This document shows positions 29,291 through 43,562 of a stretch of 64,000 nucleotides of DNA, piece by piece. A program made the position numbers and the translations under genes. The DNA lies in the NCBI RefSeq assembly GCF_964204865.1, contig NC_135255.1, forward strand, positions 7,254,001-7,318,000. Reading direction: 5' to 3'. The notes beneath the pieces were generated by a model that was not told the DNA's origin, made no database searches, and was given only the letters and a program-made list of their open reading frames with translations. Positions within the stretch are counted from its first letter, which is position 1, and every line of letters starts with the position of its first letter. This stretch comes from Styela clava. Taxonomy: Eukaryota.

Positions 29291-29724
29291 GTGTAATTGG
29301 AAAAGAACGAAAGAAAGTTAAATGCTAGAAAATAGAATCTGTCCGAAAATGATTTAGTAAAAGTTTGATTTCGCCAAAGGATGATCTTTGCAAAAAACTT
29401 GAAGTTAACTTAGACTTAATAGTAGATTGCTGAGATGATATTTGAGTAAGTTACGATTATTAAACCAGTTAGCAGATTTCGGATCAGCTCGCAACATCGA
29501 CATTCACATTTTGGTATAAAATTATCTCATCAAACAAATTTTCATTTATCAAATTTCACAAGCTATCTCTAAGCCTTACTTCATACAAAGCAACCGAACA
29601 GCCAAAGGAGACTCGCTCTTAAGAAAGTCAGCTTCAATCCCAGTACATTTGCACCCACCGACATGTTCACCACGTACATATCCATCCATGTACATTTACA
29701 TGAGTTTGTTGTCTTGGAACAAAT

Positions 29725-30275
29725 TGAAACGTTGTTTTGAATTATTGCACATTATAAAGTTGTCAGAAATCAACATGTAACAAACTAATGCATAAATAAT
29801 CTTCAATGAGGAGAGTTTGTTGTCTTGGCAAGACTCTCGAGTGGAGAGAGTTCAGGATTTTTGGGAAATCTAATGAGCAAATGAAGAACGAGGGTTTAAT
29901 TAAAGTATATGAATGAAAAATATAAATAACTCAAAGTGTAAATTGTTATCAATATATTTTTTTGAAGCAGTCATTAAATGTTTTTTATATTTAATACGTC
30001 AGTTAGTATCTTAATATTGATAAAAAAATATTATTTTATTAACCTTGAATTAATAATAAAGCTTTCCGGAACCGACAAATTTTCCATTCATCCACTTCAC
30101 CCAATGAATTTTTGAACCTGGTTAGAGCATATATTAGAATTGGATAATAATAATAAAAAAGTTATTAAAATTATAAATTTTGACGCGGAATATCATAATT
30201 CATATTTTCTTGCATGGCATTTTTGAGTTGAAAGTATCGACAAGATTATTCCAAACCGATATGCTTGAAAATTTT
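29725..30275 (-). pseudogene. Decayed inverted type B DEP gene (further copies at ~34025-34570, ~38307-38850, ~41358-41812)
   Basis: Reverse complements of B exon 1 (gtttggaataatcttgtcgatactttcaa), exon 2 (ttccggaaagcttta) and exon 3 (cctgaactctctccactcgagag), with several internal deletions. Confidence 0.8.
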
Positions 30276-30765
30276 TGTTTCCTTTTCAAAGTTTGATGAC
30301 ATTGTCGTATACCAAAAACCGAATCACCGAATCACATAAAGCCCACAAAAACTGTTGTTGTTATTCTTTTCAAGTACTGAGCCAATTGCTTTTTCAAAGA
30401 TTAAAGATTGTTGTCGCTAGAAGACTATCACATGTATTTTTAATATACCTGTTGGCACTATAAAATTCGTTTTGATTTTGAAGTTTTATATGATAACGTC
30501 ATCAAAATCAGACATTCCGCACCGCGCGGTGGTCCAGCTATTGCATGCTAGTCGGGGAATTTTCTGATAAGGTAGAATAACGCAGGTTACTGTAAATGAT
30601 TTGCGACTACTTCGTTTTACTATACTCTAGAATGAATTTTATCTTTTTCAAATCTGAAAAATGATAAGTGGCATTTAAATTGTCAATTACTTGAAAATTC
30701 AAAAATTTGTCGAGAGCCGCATAAAATGTTCTAGCGTGCCGCATGTCAAATACTAATAGAAGCTT

Positions 30766-31195
30766 GGTACCATCTGTGCTCTCATTTTAAATTGATGTCT
30801 TGTTAGTCCCACGTTTGATTTGGATAGGCACATTTCAGCAAATTTTCTCTCCAGGCATTCTGGTTCATCGCGAGATTCGGTAGGAATGTCACCTTCAGCT
30901 TCCTCATATGTAAAAGATTTTTTCTCCGCTCTTTTCCCCAATCAAATTATGCAATAGGCAAGCTTTATATTTTTGTCATATTCATGGCTATGCAGTGCTC
31001 CGATGACAATATAAAATTTACTAACAAATATTTTCCAGCGTTCAGCAACATTTCCATCAAAAAATCAGAGAATCTGGTCTGTTCAATGATAAATCAGCCA
31101 TCTCCAAATTAATTTCTCACTGACGCGATTTTTTGAATTCTTCAAGCAGCTTTAAATCAATCCCGATTCTGACACCATGTTTTTTTGTGGGTAAA
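30766..31195 (-). mobile_element. Gypsy-type LTR retrotransposon 5' fragment: LTR end, tRNA-Leu PBS and gag N-terminus (unit 1)
   Basis: The minus strand reads ...aaaaaca|TGGTGTCAGAATCGGGAT (PBS 31177-31160). From ATG 31101 the consensus across units is MADLSLNRPDPLIFDGNVAExWKIF..SFTYEEAE..ESRDDPECLERKFAEMC..RHQFKMRAQ, with stops/frameshifts. Confidence 0.8.
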
Positions 31196-31999
31196 CACAC
31201 AACTGTTCATGATTCTTGAGTAAATTATGGATATTTACATAACCAACTGTACAGAAAAAATGGGGTTCTTGTAATGTTTTAATGTATTTTCATTGTGTGT
31301 GTGTTTAAAAAACTATTCGCTTTGTCTTTACACTCTGACATGTCACAGCAGATTCATCTCTGATCTACACGTTGCTTTTTCCGAGATCATCACTAGTTCG
31401 AATATTTTTCCAAGTTTTAATTAGCGAGCGTAATATAGTGAGGTATATAATACAATTGGATCAAGCATCTGCATCAAATTGGTATATTGCATTGTGAATA
31501 CACATCACAGAAATTACTTTTGACGATGAGAAAATAATTAGTTAATTAAGTTAAAGTGCAATATTTTATTGGGAACATATGCAAAATCATTGACGAATGT
31601 TGTGTGAAGATTACATAGAACTGACGTCCATTGTGTTGATTAATTAGATAGATGAGCTCTAAACCAACAGCAGAAATATGATGCATAATTTTGAATTTCT
31701 CCTTCAATGAGTGCTGTACTTAATTATTATTATTCTAATTGTACATATTGGACTATATCTTCTGATAAATTTTCGTTGAATTTCATTTCGCTGACGTTGT
31801 TTTGCTCATTAGTAATATTACCTGCGTATGACATGAGTCGTTTAGTGGCGGAGGCAATATTTAAATGCGCTGGTATTGCAGCACTCGGGATAGAGATCAA
31901 AACATTTTGAGGGAATCACATCTTATTCTTGTTTTTGAAGCTGAAACTTTCACAAACTTGGTAAAGGTAAAAGGTTTTTTTACCATCTACATCGTTCAA

Positions 32000-32881
32000 A
32001 TGGCCATGGAAACATATACTGAAGATCAAGATTACAAAAACTGCTCAGTCAAAAACAGAAAATCAGAAAACAAAGCTTTCAAAGCGACAAAAACCTGGAA
32101 CACATTTGTCAAATCGTTTGGGTCACAAATATGTTGCTGCCGCAATCGGAAAAATCTTAAGATTTACAAAGAATGCTTCACCGGTTCATCAGCTGTTACC
32201 ACAATGCATAAAATCCTGAAAGAAATGGGAAACTATGAGAATGTGTCAAGATCTCAGGTAAGAAATGCTGAACATGTGTTGTACACAATTTTAGTGTAAA
32301 TTGATTTTATCGAAAATGCACGAGGTATTTGAAATATTGCTGCAATTCCAACTGAAGTATTTTAATATTTCATTCCTAAAGGGTATAAAACTGCTACAGA
32401 AATTCATGGATCAACATATTATAGAAGATATTAATGGAAAATGGTTATCGGAAGAATTCAAAGATTCGGGAAAATTATATAGGTATAATTAGTCCATATT
32501 TTTTTTATTCCGAATGTCATATGTTATAAAGTATGAGTTTTGCATTGTGATATATAATGCCTTTCATCTTTGATTAAATTGCTTACGATATACAGTGATA
32601 CCTCGGTAATCAAAAGACTCAACACTCGAACGATTGGGTGGTCGCCCAGGAAATTAGAGTCGAAATTTATCACTGTTCCTTATGGCAAAAAAGTTCCGGT
32701 ACTCGCACAAATCGATAGTCGAACACCATTCCCGAGCGAATTATGTTCGACTACCGAGGTATGACTCAGATGCTAATATATATATTTTAAACATATTGTT
32801 TTTTTTTTATAGATTGGCCGAACGCGAATGTTCGAATGCCAGCAAGAAATGGATCGAAAATCGATCACAGAATCGAAGTAA
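32000..32881 (+). CDS. DEP-domain-only protein type C (A-like), copy C1
   Basis: Exon 1 is 32000/32006-32257 (METYTEDQDY..FKATKTWN..CFTGSSAV) and exon 2 is 32382-32482 (GIKLLQKFMDQHIIEDINGKW). Probable exons 3 (~32596-32758) and 4 (~32812-32881) are less certain. Confidence 0.7.
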
Positions 32882-35065
32882 TTCAATTCATGCATTAGTT
32901 GGAAGAAAAGGTGTGTAACCTACGTGATGGATATATATCTAGTTGTCGCGAATAGTTTTAGTTTGAAATTCAAGGATAAAACAAAATGTTATTTGAGACA
33001 GTTGTAATATTTGATATTTATATATAATAGTAACTGACAAATCATAAAAGAATATCTCATTCAGCCTATTTAAAAATTGAAATTTAAGTTTAGCTTAAAA
33101 TAGTACTTTTTGTATGTTGCTGTTATTACGCCGAATAAAATGAGTTCTTTTCGCTTTTAGTTTCCGTCCAGATAGACAAAACTCAAGCACATTTTCGAAA
33201 AAGTGCAAAAAGATTTTCAACCTCTTCTGTAGCACGATGGAATGGACGAATAAATTTGAAGAATATAAACACAGGGCAAAAAACATTATCTTTGAACTCA
33301 AAGCAGTCCAACGCAACAGTTCTTTTATCTTTTTCAGCAGAATGAAATACTTAATTTTTTTTTCTGATTTCTCTTTTTCACTTTCCTACGAACATACTTT
33401 TTCATTTATTTTTTTTTATTCTTTCATCAATGAGTTGCATAATTTTGCCATGTATTTATTGATTGTTTGAATCAACTATTCGTAAATTATAACTTTTTCA
33501 TTCATTTTCGTTTTATTGGCTCATCAATGAATTGAATAATTTTTCCATGTATTTATTGATTGTATGAATCAACTATTCGTAAATTATAGAGTGTAATTGG
33601 AAAAGAACGAAAGAAAGTTAAATGCTAGAAAGTAGAATCTGTCCGAAAATGATTTAGTAAAAGTTTGATTTTGCCAAAGGATGATCTTTGCAAAAAACTT
33701 GAAGTTAACTTAGACTCAATAGTAGATTGCTGAGATGATAATTGAGTAAGTTACGATTAGTAAACCAGTTAGCAGATTTCGGATCAGCTCGCAACATCGA
33801 CATTCACATTCTGGTATAAAATTATCTCATCAAACAAATTTTCATTTATCAAATTTCACAAGCTATCTCTAAGCCTTACTTCATACAAAGCAACCGAACA
33901 GCCAAAGGAGACTCGCTCTTAAGAAAGTCAGCTTCAATCCCAGTACATTTGCACCCACCGACATGTTCACCACGTACATATCCACCCATGTACATTTACA
34001 CGAGTTTGTTGTCTTGAAACTAATTGAAACGTTGTTTTGAATTATTGCACAGTATAAAGTTGTCAGAAATCAACATGTAACAAACTAATGCATAAATTAT
34101 CTTCAATGAGGAGAGTTTGTTGTCTCGGCAAGACTCTCGAGTGGAGAGAGTTCAGGAATTTTGGGAAATCTAATGAGCAAATGAGGAACGAGGGTTTAAT
34201 TAAAGTATATGAATGAAAAATATAAATAACTCAAAGTGTAAATTGTTATTAATATATTTTTTTGAAGCAGTCATTAAATGTTTTTTATATTTAATACGTC
34301 AGTTATTATCTTAATATTGATAAAAAAATATTATTTTATTAACCTTGAATTAATAATAAAGCTTTCCGGAACCGACAAATTTTTCGTTCATCCACTTCAC
34401 CCAATGAATTTTGGAACCTGGTTAGAGCATATATTAGAATTGGATAATAATAATAAATAGGTTATTAAAATTGTAAATTTTGACGTGGAATATCATAATT
34501 CCTATTTTCTTGCATTGCATTTTTGAGTTGAAAGGATCGACAAGATTATTCCAAACCAATATGCTTTAAAATTTTTGTTTTGTTTTCAAAGTTTGATGAC
34601 ATTGTCGTATACCAAAAACCGAATCACCGAATCGCATAAAGCCCACAAAAACTGTTGTTGTTATTTTTTTCAAGTACTGAGCCAATTGCTTTTTTAAAGA
34701 TTAAAGATTGTTGTCGCTAGAAGACTATCACATGTATTTTTAATATTCCTGTTGGCACTATAAAATTCGTTTTGATTTTGAAGTTTTGTATGAAAACGTC
34801 ATCAAAATCAGACATTCCGCACCGCGCGGTGGTCCAGCTATTGCATTCTAGTCGAGGAATTTTCTGATAAGGTAGAATAACGCAGGTTACTGTAAATGAT
34901 TTGCGACTACTTCGTTTTACTAGACTCTAGAATGAATTTTTCCTTTTTCAAATCTGAAAAATGATAAGTGGCACTTAAATTGTCAATTACTTGAAAATTC
35001 AAAAATTTGTCGAGAGCCGCATAAAATGTTCTAGCGTGCCGCATGCCAAATACTAATAGAAGCTT

Positions 35066-35500
35066 GGTACCATCTGGCATCTGTGCTCTCATTTTAAATT
35101 GATGTCATGTTAGTCCCACGTTTGATTTGGATAGGCACATTTCAGCAAATTTTCTCTCCAGGCATTCTGGATCATCGCGAGATTCGGTAGGAATGTCACC
35201 TTCAGCTTCCTCATATGTAAAAGATTCTTCTTTTCTCCGCTCTTTTCCCCAATCAAATTATGCAATAGGCAAGCTTTATATTTTTGTCATATTCATGGCT
35301 ATGCAGTGCTCCGATGACAATATAAAATTTACTAACAAATATTTTCCAGCGTTCAGCAACATTTCCATCAAAAATCAGAGGATCTGGTCTGTTCAATGAC
35401 AAATCAGCCATCTCCAAATTAATTTCTCACTGACGCGATTTTTTGAATTCTTCAAGCAGCTTTAAATCAATCCCGATTCTGACATCATGTTTTTTTGTGG
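35066..35500 (-). mobile_element. Gypsy gag/PBS fragment (unit 2)
   Basis: Copy of 30766-31195; the PBS variant is TGATGTCAGAA. Confidence 0.75.
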
Positions 35501-36285
35501 GTAAACACACAAGTGTTCATGATTCTTGAGTAAATTATGGATATTTACATAACCAACTGTACAGAAAAAATGGGATTCTTATAATTTTTTAATGTATTTT
35601 CATTGTTGGTGTGTTTAAAAAACTATCCGCTTTGTCTTTACACTCTGACTTGTCACAGCAGATTCATCTCTGATCTACACGTTGCGTTTTCCGAGATCAT
35701 CACTAGTTCAAATATTTTTCAAAGTTTTAATTAGCGAGCGTAATATAGTGAGGTATATAATACAATTGGATCAAGCATCTGCATCAAATTGGTATATTGC
35801 ATTGTGAATACACATCACAGAAATTACTTTTGACGATGAGAAAATAATTAGTTAATTGAAGTGCAATATTTTATTGGGAACATATGCAAAATCATTGACG
35901 AATGTTGTGTGAAGATTACATAGAACTGACGTCCATTGTGTTGATTAATTAGATAGATGATCTCTATACCAACAACAGAAATATGATGCATAATTTTGAA
36001 TTTACTTAATTATTATTATTGTAATTGTACATATTGGACTATATCTTCTGATAAATTTTCGTTGAATTTCATTTCGCTGACGTTGTTTTGCTCATTAGTA
36101 ATATTACCTGAGTATGACATGAGCCGTTTAGTGGCGGAGGCAATATTTAAATGCGCTGGTATTGCAGCACTCGGGATGGAGATCAAAACATTTTGAGGGA
36201 ATCACATCTTATTCTTGTTTTTGAAGCTGAAACTTTCACAAACTTGGTAAAGGTAAAAGTTTTTTTTACCATCTACATCGTTCAA

Positions 36286-37164
36286 ATGGCCATGGAAACA
36301 TATACTGAAGATCAAGATTACAAAAACTGCTCAGTCAAAAACAGAAAATCAGAAAACAAAGCTTTCAAAGCGACAAAAACCTGGAACACATTTGTCAAAT
36401 CGTTTGAGTTACAAATATGTTGCTGCCGCAATCGGAAAAATCTTAAGATTTACAAAGAATGCTTCACCGGTTCATCAGCTGTTACCACAATGCATAAAAT
36501 CCTGAAAGAAATGGGAAACTATGAGAATGTGTCAAGATCTCAGGTAAGAAATGCTGAACATGTGTTGTACACAATTTTAGTGTAAATTGATTTTATCGAA
36601 AATGCACGAGGTATTTGAAATATTGCTGCAATTCCAACTAAAGTATTTTTATATTTCATTCCTAAAGGGTATAAAACTGCTACAGAATTTCATGGATCAA
36701 CATATTATAGAAGATATTAATGAAAAATGGTTATCGGAAGAATTCAAAGATTCGGGAAAATTATATAGGTATAATTAGTCCATATTTTTTTTATTCCGAA
36801 TGTCATTTGTTAAAGTATGAGTTTTGCATTGTGATATATAATTCCTTTCATCTTTGATTAAATTGCTTACGATATACAGTGATATCTCGGTAATCAAAAG
36901 ACTCAACACTCGAACGATTGGGTGGTCGCCCAGGAAATTAGAGTCAAAATTTATCATTGTTCCTTATGGCAAAAAAGTTCCGGTACTTGCACAAATCGAT
37001 AGTCGAACACCATTCCCGAGCGAATTATGTTCGACTACCGAGGTATGACTCAGATGCTAATATATATATTTTAAACATATTGTTTTTTTTTATAGATTGG
37101 CCGAACGCGAATGTTCGAATGCCAGCAAGAAATGGATCGAAAATCGATCACAGAATCGAAGTAA
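36286..37164 (+). CDS. DEP-domain-only protein type C, copy C2
   Basis: Near-identical to C1, but the G of the GKW motif is changed to E. Confidence 0.65.
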
Positions 37165-39348
37165 TTCAATTCATGCATTAGTTGGAAGAAAAGGTGTGTA
37201 ACCTACATGATGGATATATATCTAGTTGTCGCGACTAGTTTTAGTTTGAAATTCAAGGATAAAACAAAATGTTATTTGAGACAGTTGTAATATTTGATAT
37301 TTATATATAATAGTAACTGACAAATTATAAAAGAATATCTCATTCAGCCTATTTAAAAATTGAAATTTAAGTTTAGTCTAAAATAGTACTTTTTGTATGT
37401 TGCTGTTATTACGCCGAATAAATGAGTTCTTTTCGCTTTTAGTTTCCGTCCAGATAGACAAAACTCAAGCACATTTTCGAAAAAGTGCAAAAAGATTTTC
37501 AATCTCTTCTGTAGCACGATGGAATGGACGAATAAAGATTTGAAGAATATAAACACAGGGCAAAAAAAATTATCTTTGAACTCAAAGCAGTCCAACGCAA
37601 CAGTTCTTTTATCTTTTTCAGCAGAATGAAATACTTAATTTATTTTTCTGATTTCTCATTTTCACTTTCCTACGAACATACTTTTTCATTTATTTTTTTT
37701 ATTCTTTCATCAATGAGTTGTATAATTTTGCCATGTATTTATTGATTGTTTGAATCAACTATTCGTAAATTATAACTTTTTCATTCATTTTCTTTTTATT
37801 GGTTCATCAATGAATTGAATAATTTTTCCATGTATTTATTGATTGTATGAATCAACTATTCGTAAATTATAGAGTGTAATTGGAAAAGAACGAAAGAAAG
37901 TTAAATGCGAGAAAATAGAATCTGTCCGAAAATGATTTAGTGAAAGTTTGATTTCACCAAAGGATGATCTTTGCAAAAAACTTGAAGTTAACTTAGACTT
38001 AATAGTAGATTGCTGAGATGATATTTGAGTAAGTTACGATTATTAAACCAGTTAGCAGATTTTGGATCAGCTCGCAACATCGACATTCACATTCTGGTAT
38101 AAAATTATCTCATCAAACAAATTTTCATTTATCAAATTTCACAAGCTATCTCTAAGCCTTACTTCATACAAAGCAACCGAACAGCCAAAGGAGACTCGCT
38201 CTTAAGAAAGTCAGCTTCAATCCCAGTACATTTGCACCCACCGACATGTTCACCACGTACATATCCACCCATGTACATTTACATGAGTTTGTTGTCTTGA
38301 AACAAATTGAAACGTTGTTTTGAATTATTGCACAGTATAAAGTTGTCAGAAATCAACATATAACAAACTAATGCATAAATAATCTTCAATGAGGAGAGTT
38401 TGTTGTCTTGGCAAGACTCTCGAGTGGAGAGAGTTCAGGATTTTTGGGAAATCTAATGAGCAAATGAAGAACGAGGGTTTAATTAAAGTATATGAATGAA
38501 AAATATAAATAACTCAAAGTGTAAATTGTTATCAATATATTTTATTGAAGCATTCATTAAATGTTTTTTATATTTAATACGTCAGTTAGTATCTTAATAT
38601 TGATAAAAAAATATTATTTTATTAACCTTGAATTAATAATAAAGCTTTCCGGAACCGACAAATTTTTCGTTCATCCACTTCACCCAATGAATTTTTGAAC
38701 TTGGTTAGAGCATATATTAGAATTGAATAATAATAATGAAAAAGGTATTAAAATTATAAATTTTGACGCGGAATATCATAATTCATATTTTCTTGCATTG
38801 CATTTTTGAGTTGAAAGTATCGACAAGGTTATTCCGAACCGATATGCTTGAAAATTTTTGTTTTGTTTTCAAAGTTTGATGATATTGTCGTATACCAAAA
38901 ACCGAATCACCGAATCACATAAAGCCCACAAAAACTGTTGTTGTTATTCTTTTCAAGTACTGAGCCAATTTCTTTTTTAAGAATAAAGATTGTTGTCGCT
39001 AGAAGACTATCACATGTATTTTTAATATACCTGTTGGCACTATAAAATTTGTTTTGATTTTGAAGTTTTGTATGATAACGTCATCAAAATCAGACATTCC
39101 GCACCGCGCGGTGGTCCAGCTATTGCATTCTAGTCGGGGAATTTTCTGATAAGGTAGAATAACGCAGGTTACTGTAAATGATTTGCGACTACTTCGTTTT
39201 ACTATACTCTAGAATGAATTTTATCTTTTTCAAATCTGAAAAATGATAAGTGGCATTTAAATTGTCAATTACTTGAAAATTCAAAAATTTGTCGAGAGCC
39301 GCATAAAATGTTCTAGCGTGCCGCATGTCAAATACTAATAGAAGCTTG

Positions 39349-39780
39349 GTACCATCTGGCATCTGTGCTCTCATTTTAAATTGATGTCTTGTTAGTCCCA
39401 CGTTTGATTTGGATAGGCACATTTCAGCAAATTTTCTCTCCAGGCATTCTGGATCATCGCGAGATTCGGTAGGAATGTCACCTTCAGCTTCCTCATATGT
39501 AAAAGATTTTTTCTCCGCTCTTTTCCCCAATCAAATTATGCAATAGGCAAGCTTTATATTTTTGTCATATTCATGGCTATGCAGTGCTCCGATGACAATA
39601 TCAAATTTACTAACAAATATTTTCCAGCATTCAGCAACATTTCCATCAAAAATCAGAGGATCTGGTCTGTTCAATGACAAATCAGCCATCTCCAAATTAA
39701 TTTCTCACTGACGCGATTTTTTGAATTCTTCAAGCAGCTTTAAATCAATCCCGATTCTGACACCATGTTTTTTGTGGGTA
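39349..39780 (-). mobile_element. Gypsy gag/PBS fragment (unit 3)
   Basis: Copy of 30766-31195, including the gag part of ORF 39189..39530. Confidence 0.75.
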
Positions 39781-40581
39781 AACACACAAGTGTTCATGAT
39801 TCTTGAGTAAATTATGGATATTTACATAACCAACTGTACAGAAAAAATGGGGTTCTTATAATTTTTTAATGTATTTTCATTGTTGGTGTGTTTAAAAAAC
39901 TATCCGCTTTGTCTTTACACTCTGACTTGTCACAGCAGATTCATCTCTGATCTACACGTTGCTTTTTCCGAGATCATCACTAGTTCGAATATTTTTCCAA
40001 GTTTTAATTAGCGAGCGTAATATAGTGAGGTATATAATACAATTGGATCAAGCATCTGCATCAAATTGGTATATTGCATTGTGAATACACATCACAGAAA
40101 TTACTTTTGACGATGAGAAAATAATTAGTTAATTAAAGTGCAATATTTTATTGGGAACATATGCAAAATCATTGACGAATGTTGTGTGAAGATTACATAG
40201 AACTGACGTCCATTGTGTTGATTATTTAGATAGATGAGCTCTAAACCAACAACAGAAATATGATGCATAATTTTGAATTTCTCCTTCAATGAGTGCTGTA
40301 CTTAATTATTATTATTCCAATTGTACATATTGGACTATGTCTTCTGATAAATTTTTGTTGAATTTCATTTCGCTGACGTTGTTTTGCTCATTAGTAATAT
40401 TACCTGCGTATGACATGAGTCGTTTAGTGGCGGAGGCAATATTTAAATGCGCTGGTATTGCAGCACTCGGGATAGAGATCAAAACATTTTGAGGGAATCA
40501 CATCTTATTCTTGTTTTTGAAGCTGAAACTTTCACAAACTTGGTAAAGGTAAAAGGTTTTTCTACCATCTACATCGTTCAA

Positions 40582-40779
40582 ATGGCCATGGAAACATATA
40601 CTGAAGATCAAGATTACAAAAACTGCTCAGTCAAAAACAGAAAATCAGAAAACAAAGCTTTCGAAGCGACAAAAACCTGGAACACATTTGTCAAATCGTT
40701 TGAGTCACAAATATGTTGCTGCCGCAATCGGAAAAATCTTAAGATTTACAATGAATGCTTCACCGGTTCATCAGCTGTT
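40582..40779 (+). pseudogene. Type C copy C3 truncated by deletion
   Basis: Exon 1 breaks at CFTGSSAV (tcagctgtt|tgccatgtattt) and joins the 97 bp repeat of the next unit. Confidence 0.85.
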
Positions 40780-42308
40780 TGCCATGTATTTATTGATTGT
40801 TTGAATCAACTATTCGTAAATTATAACTTTTTCATTCATTTTGTTTTTTTTTGGCTCATCAATGAATTGAATAATTTTTCCATGTATTTATTGATTGTAT
40901 GAATCAACTATTCGTAAATTATAGAGTGTAATTGGAAAAGAACGAAAGAAAGTTAAATGCTAGAAAATAGAATCTGTCCGAAAATGATTTAGTAAAAGTT
41001 TGATTTCGCCAAAGGATGATCTTTGCAAAAAACTTGAAGTTAACTTAGACTTAATAGTAGATTGCTGAGATGATATTTGAGTAAGTTACGATTATTAAAC
41101 CAGTTAGCAGATTTCGGATCAGCTCGCAACATCGACATTCACATTCAGGTATAAAATTATATCATCAAACAAATTTTCATTTATCAAATTTCACAAGCGA
41201 TCTCTAAGCCTTACTTCATACAAAGCAACCGAACAGCCATAGGAACCTCGCTCTTAAGAAAGTCAGCTTCAATCCCAGTACATTTGCACCCACCGACATG
41301 TTCACCACGTACATATCCACCCATGTACATTTACATGAGTTTGTTGTCTTGAAACAAATTGAAACGTTGTTTTGAATTATTGCACAGTATCAAGTTGTCA
41401 GAAATCAACATGTAACAAACTAATGCATAAATAATCTTCAATGAGGAAAGTTTGTTGTCTTGGCAAGACTCTCGAGTGGAGAGAGTTCAGGATCTTTGGG
41501 AAACCTAATGAGCAAATGAAGAACGAGTGTTATATTTAATACGTCAGTTAGTATCTCAATATTGATAAAAAAATATTATTTTATCAACCTTGAATTAATA
41601 ATAAAGCTTTCCGGAACCGACAAATTTTCGTTCATCCACTTCACCCAATGAATTTTTGAACCTGGTTAGAGCATATATTAGAATTGGATAATAATAATAA
41701 AAAAGGTATTAAAATTATAAATTTTGACGTGGAATATCATAATTCCTATTTTCTTGCATTGCATTTTTGAGTTGAAAGGATCGACAAGATTATTCCAAAC
41801 CAATATGCTTGAAAATTTTTGTTTTGTTTTCAAAGTTTGATGACATTGTCGTATACCAAAAACCGAATCACCGAATCACATAAAGCCCACAAAAACTGTT
41901 GTTGTTATTCTTTTCAAGTACTGAGCCAATTGCTTTTTTAAAGATTAAAGATTGCTGTCGCTAAAAGACTATCACTTTTATTTCTAATATTCCTGTTGGC
42001 ACTATAAAATTCGTTTTGATTTTGAAGTTTTGTATGATAACGTCATCAAAATCAGACATTCCGCACCGCGCGGTGGTCCAGCGATTGCATTATAGTCGGG
42101 AAATTTTCTGATAAGGTAGAATAACGCAGGTTACTGTAAATTATTTCAGACTACCTCCTTTTACTAGACTCTAGAATGAATTTTATCTTTTTCAAATCTG
42201 AAAAATGATAAGTGGCACTTTAATTGTCAATTACTTGAAAATTCAAAAATTTGTCGAGAGCCGCATAAAATGTTCTAGCGTGCCGCATACCAAATACTCT
42301 TAGAAGCT

Positions 42309-42745
42309 TGGTACCATCTGGCAACGGTGCTCTCATTTAAATTGATGTCTTGTTAGTCCCACGTTTGATATGGATAGGCACATTTCAGCAAATTTTCTCT
42401 CTAGGCATTCTGGATCATCACGAGATTTGGTAGGAATGTCACCTTCAGCTTCCTCGTATGTAAACATTCTTCTTTTCTCCGCTCTTTCTTCCAATCAAAT
42501 TATGCAATAGGCAAGCTTTATATTTTTGTCATATTCATGGCTATGCAGTGCTCCGATGACAATATCAAATTTACTACCAAATATTTTCCAGCGTTCAGCA
42601 ACATTTCCATCAAAAATCAGAGGATCTGGTCTGTTCAATGACAAATCAGTCATCTCCAAATTAATTTCTCACTGACGCAATTTTTTTGAATTCTCCAAGC
42701 AGCTTTAAATCAATCCCGATTCTGACACCATGTTTTTTTTTGTAG
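42309..42745 (-). mobile_element. Gypsy gag/PBS fragment (unit 4)
   Basis: Diverged copy with the PBS at 42713-42730. Confidence 0.7.
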
Positions 42746-43562
42746 GTAAACAAACAACTGTTCATGATTCTTGAGTTAATTATGGATATGTACATAACCA
42801 ACTGTACAGGAGAAATGGAGTTCTTGTAAATTTTTGATGTATTTTTATTGTTGGTGTGTTTAAAAAACTATCCGCCTTTCTTTACCCTCTGACTTGTCAC
42901 AGCAGATTCATCTTCGATCAACACGTTGCTTTTTCCGAGATCATTACTAGTTCGAATATTTTTCCAAGTTTTAACTTAGCGAGCATACTATAGTGAGGTA
43001 TATAATACAATTAGATCAAGACTCTGCATCAAATTGGTATATTGCATTGTGAATACACGTCACAGAAATTACTGTTGACCATGAAAATTTTTTTACTTAA
43101 TTAAAGTGCAATATTTATTGGGAACATATGCAAAATCATTGACGAATGTTGCTGTTTGAAGATTACATAGAACTGACGTCCATTGTATCGATTAATTAGA
43201 TAGATAAGCTCTATACCAACAACAGAAATATAATGCATAATTTAGAATTACTCCTTCAATGAGTGCTGTACTTAATTATTATTATTCCAATTGTACATAT
43301 TGGACTATATCTTCTGATAAATTTTCGTTGAATTTCATTTCGCTGACGTTGTTTTGCTCATTAGTAATATTACCTGCGTATGACATGAGCCGTTTAGTGG
43401 AGCAGGCGATATATAAATGCGCTTGCATTGCACACTCGGGATAGAGATCAAAACATTTTGAGGGAATCACATCTTATTCTTGTTTTTGAAACTGAAACTT
43501 TCACAAACTTGGTAAAACAAAAGTTAAAAGGTTTTTCAACTTACCTCATCGTTCATTTGACC

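Noticed and set aside
30759-30772. Adjacent HindIII-KpnI sites (aagcttggtacc) suggesting vector polylinker
   Set aside because: Present in all four diverged genomic units at the gag truncation point, with no other vector sequence; coincidental.
31865-32299. 144-151 aa single-exon ORFs (also 36151, 40447, 43428) as called in the ORF track
   Set aside because: Homology to type A starts at M(A)METY, and the 3' ends read through splice donors. The spliced models fit better.
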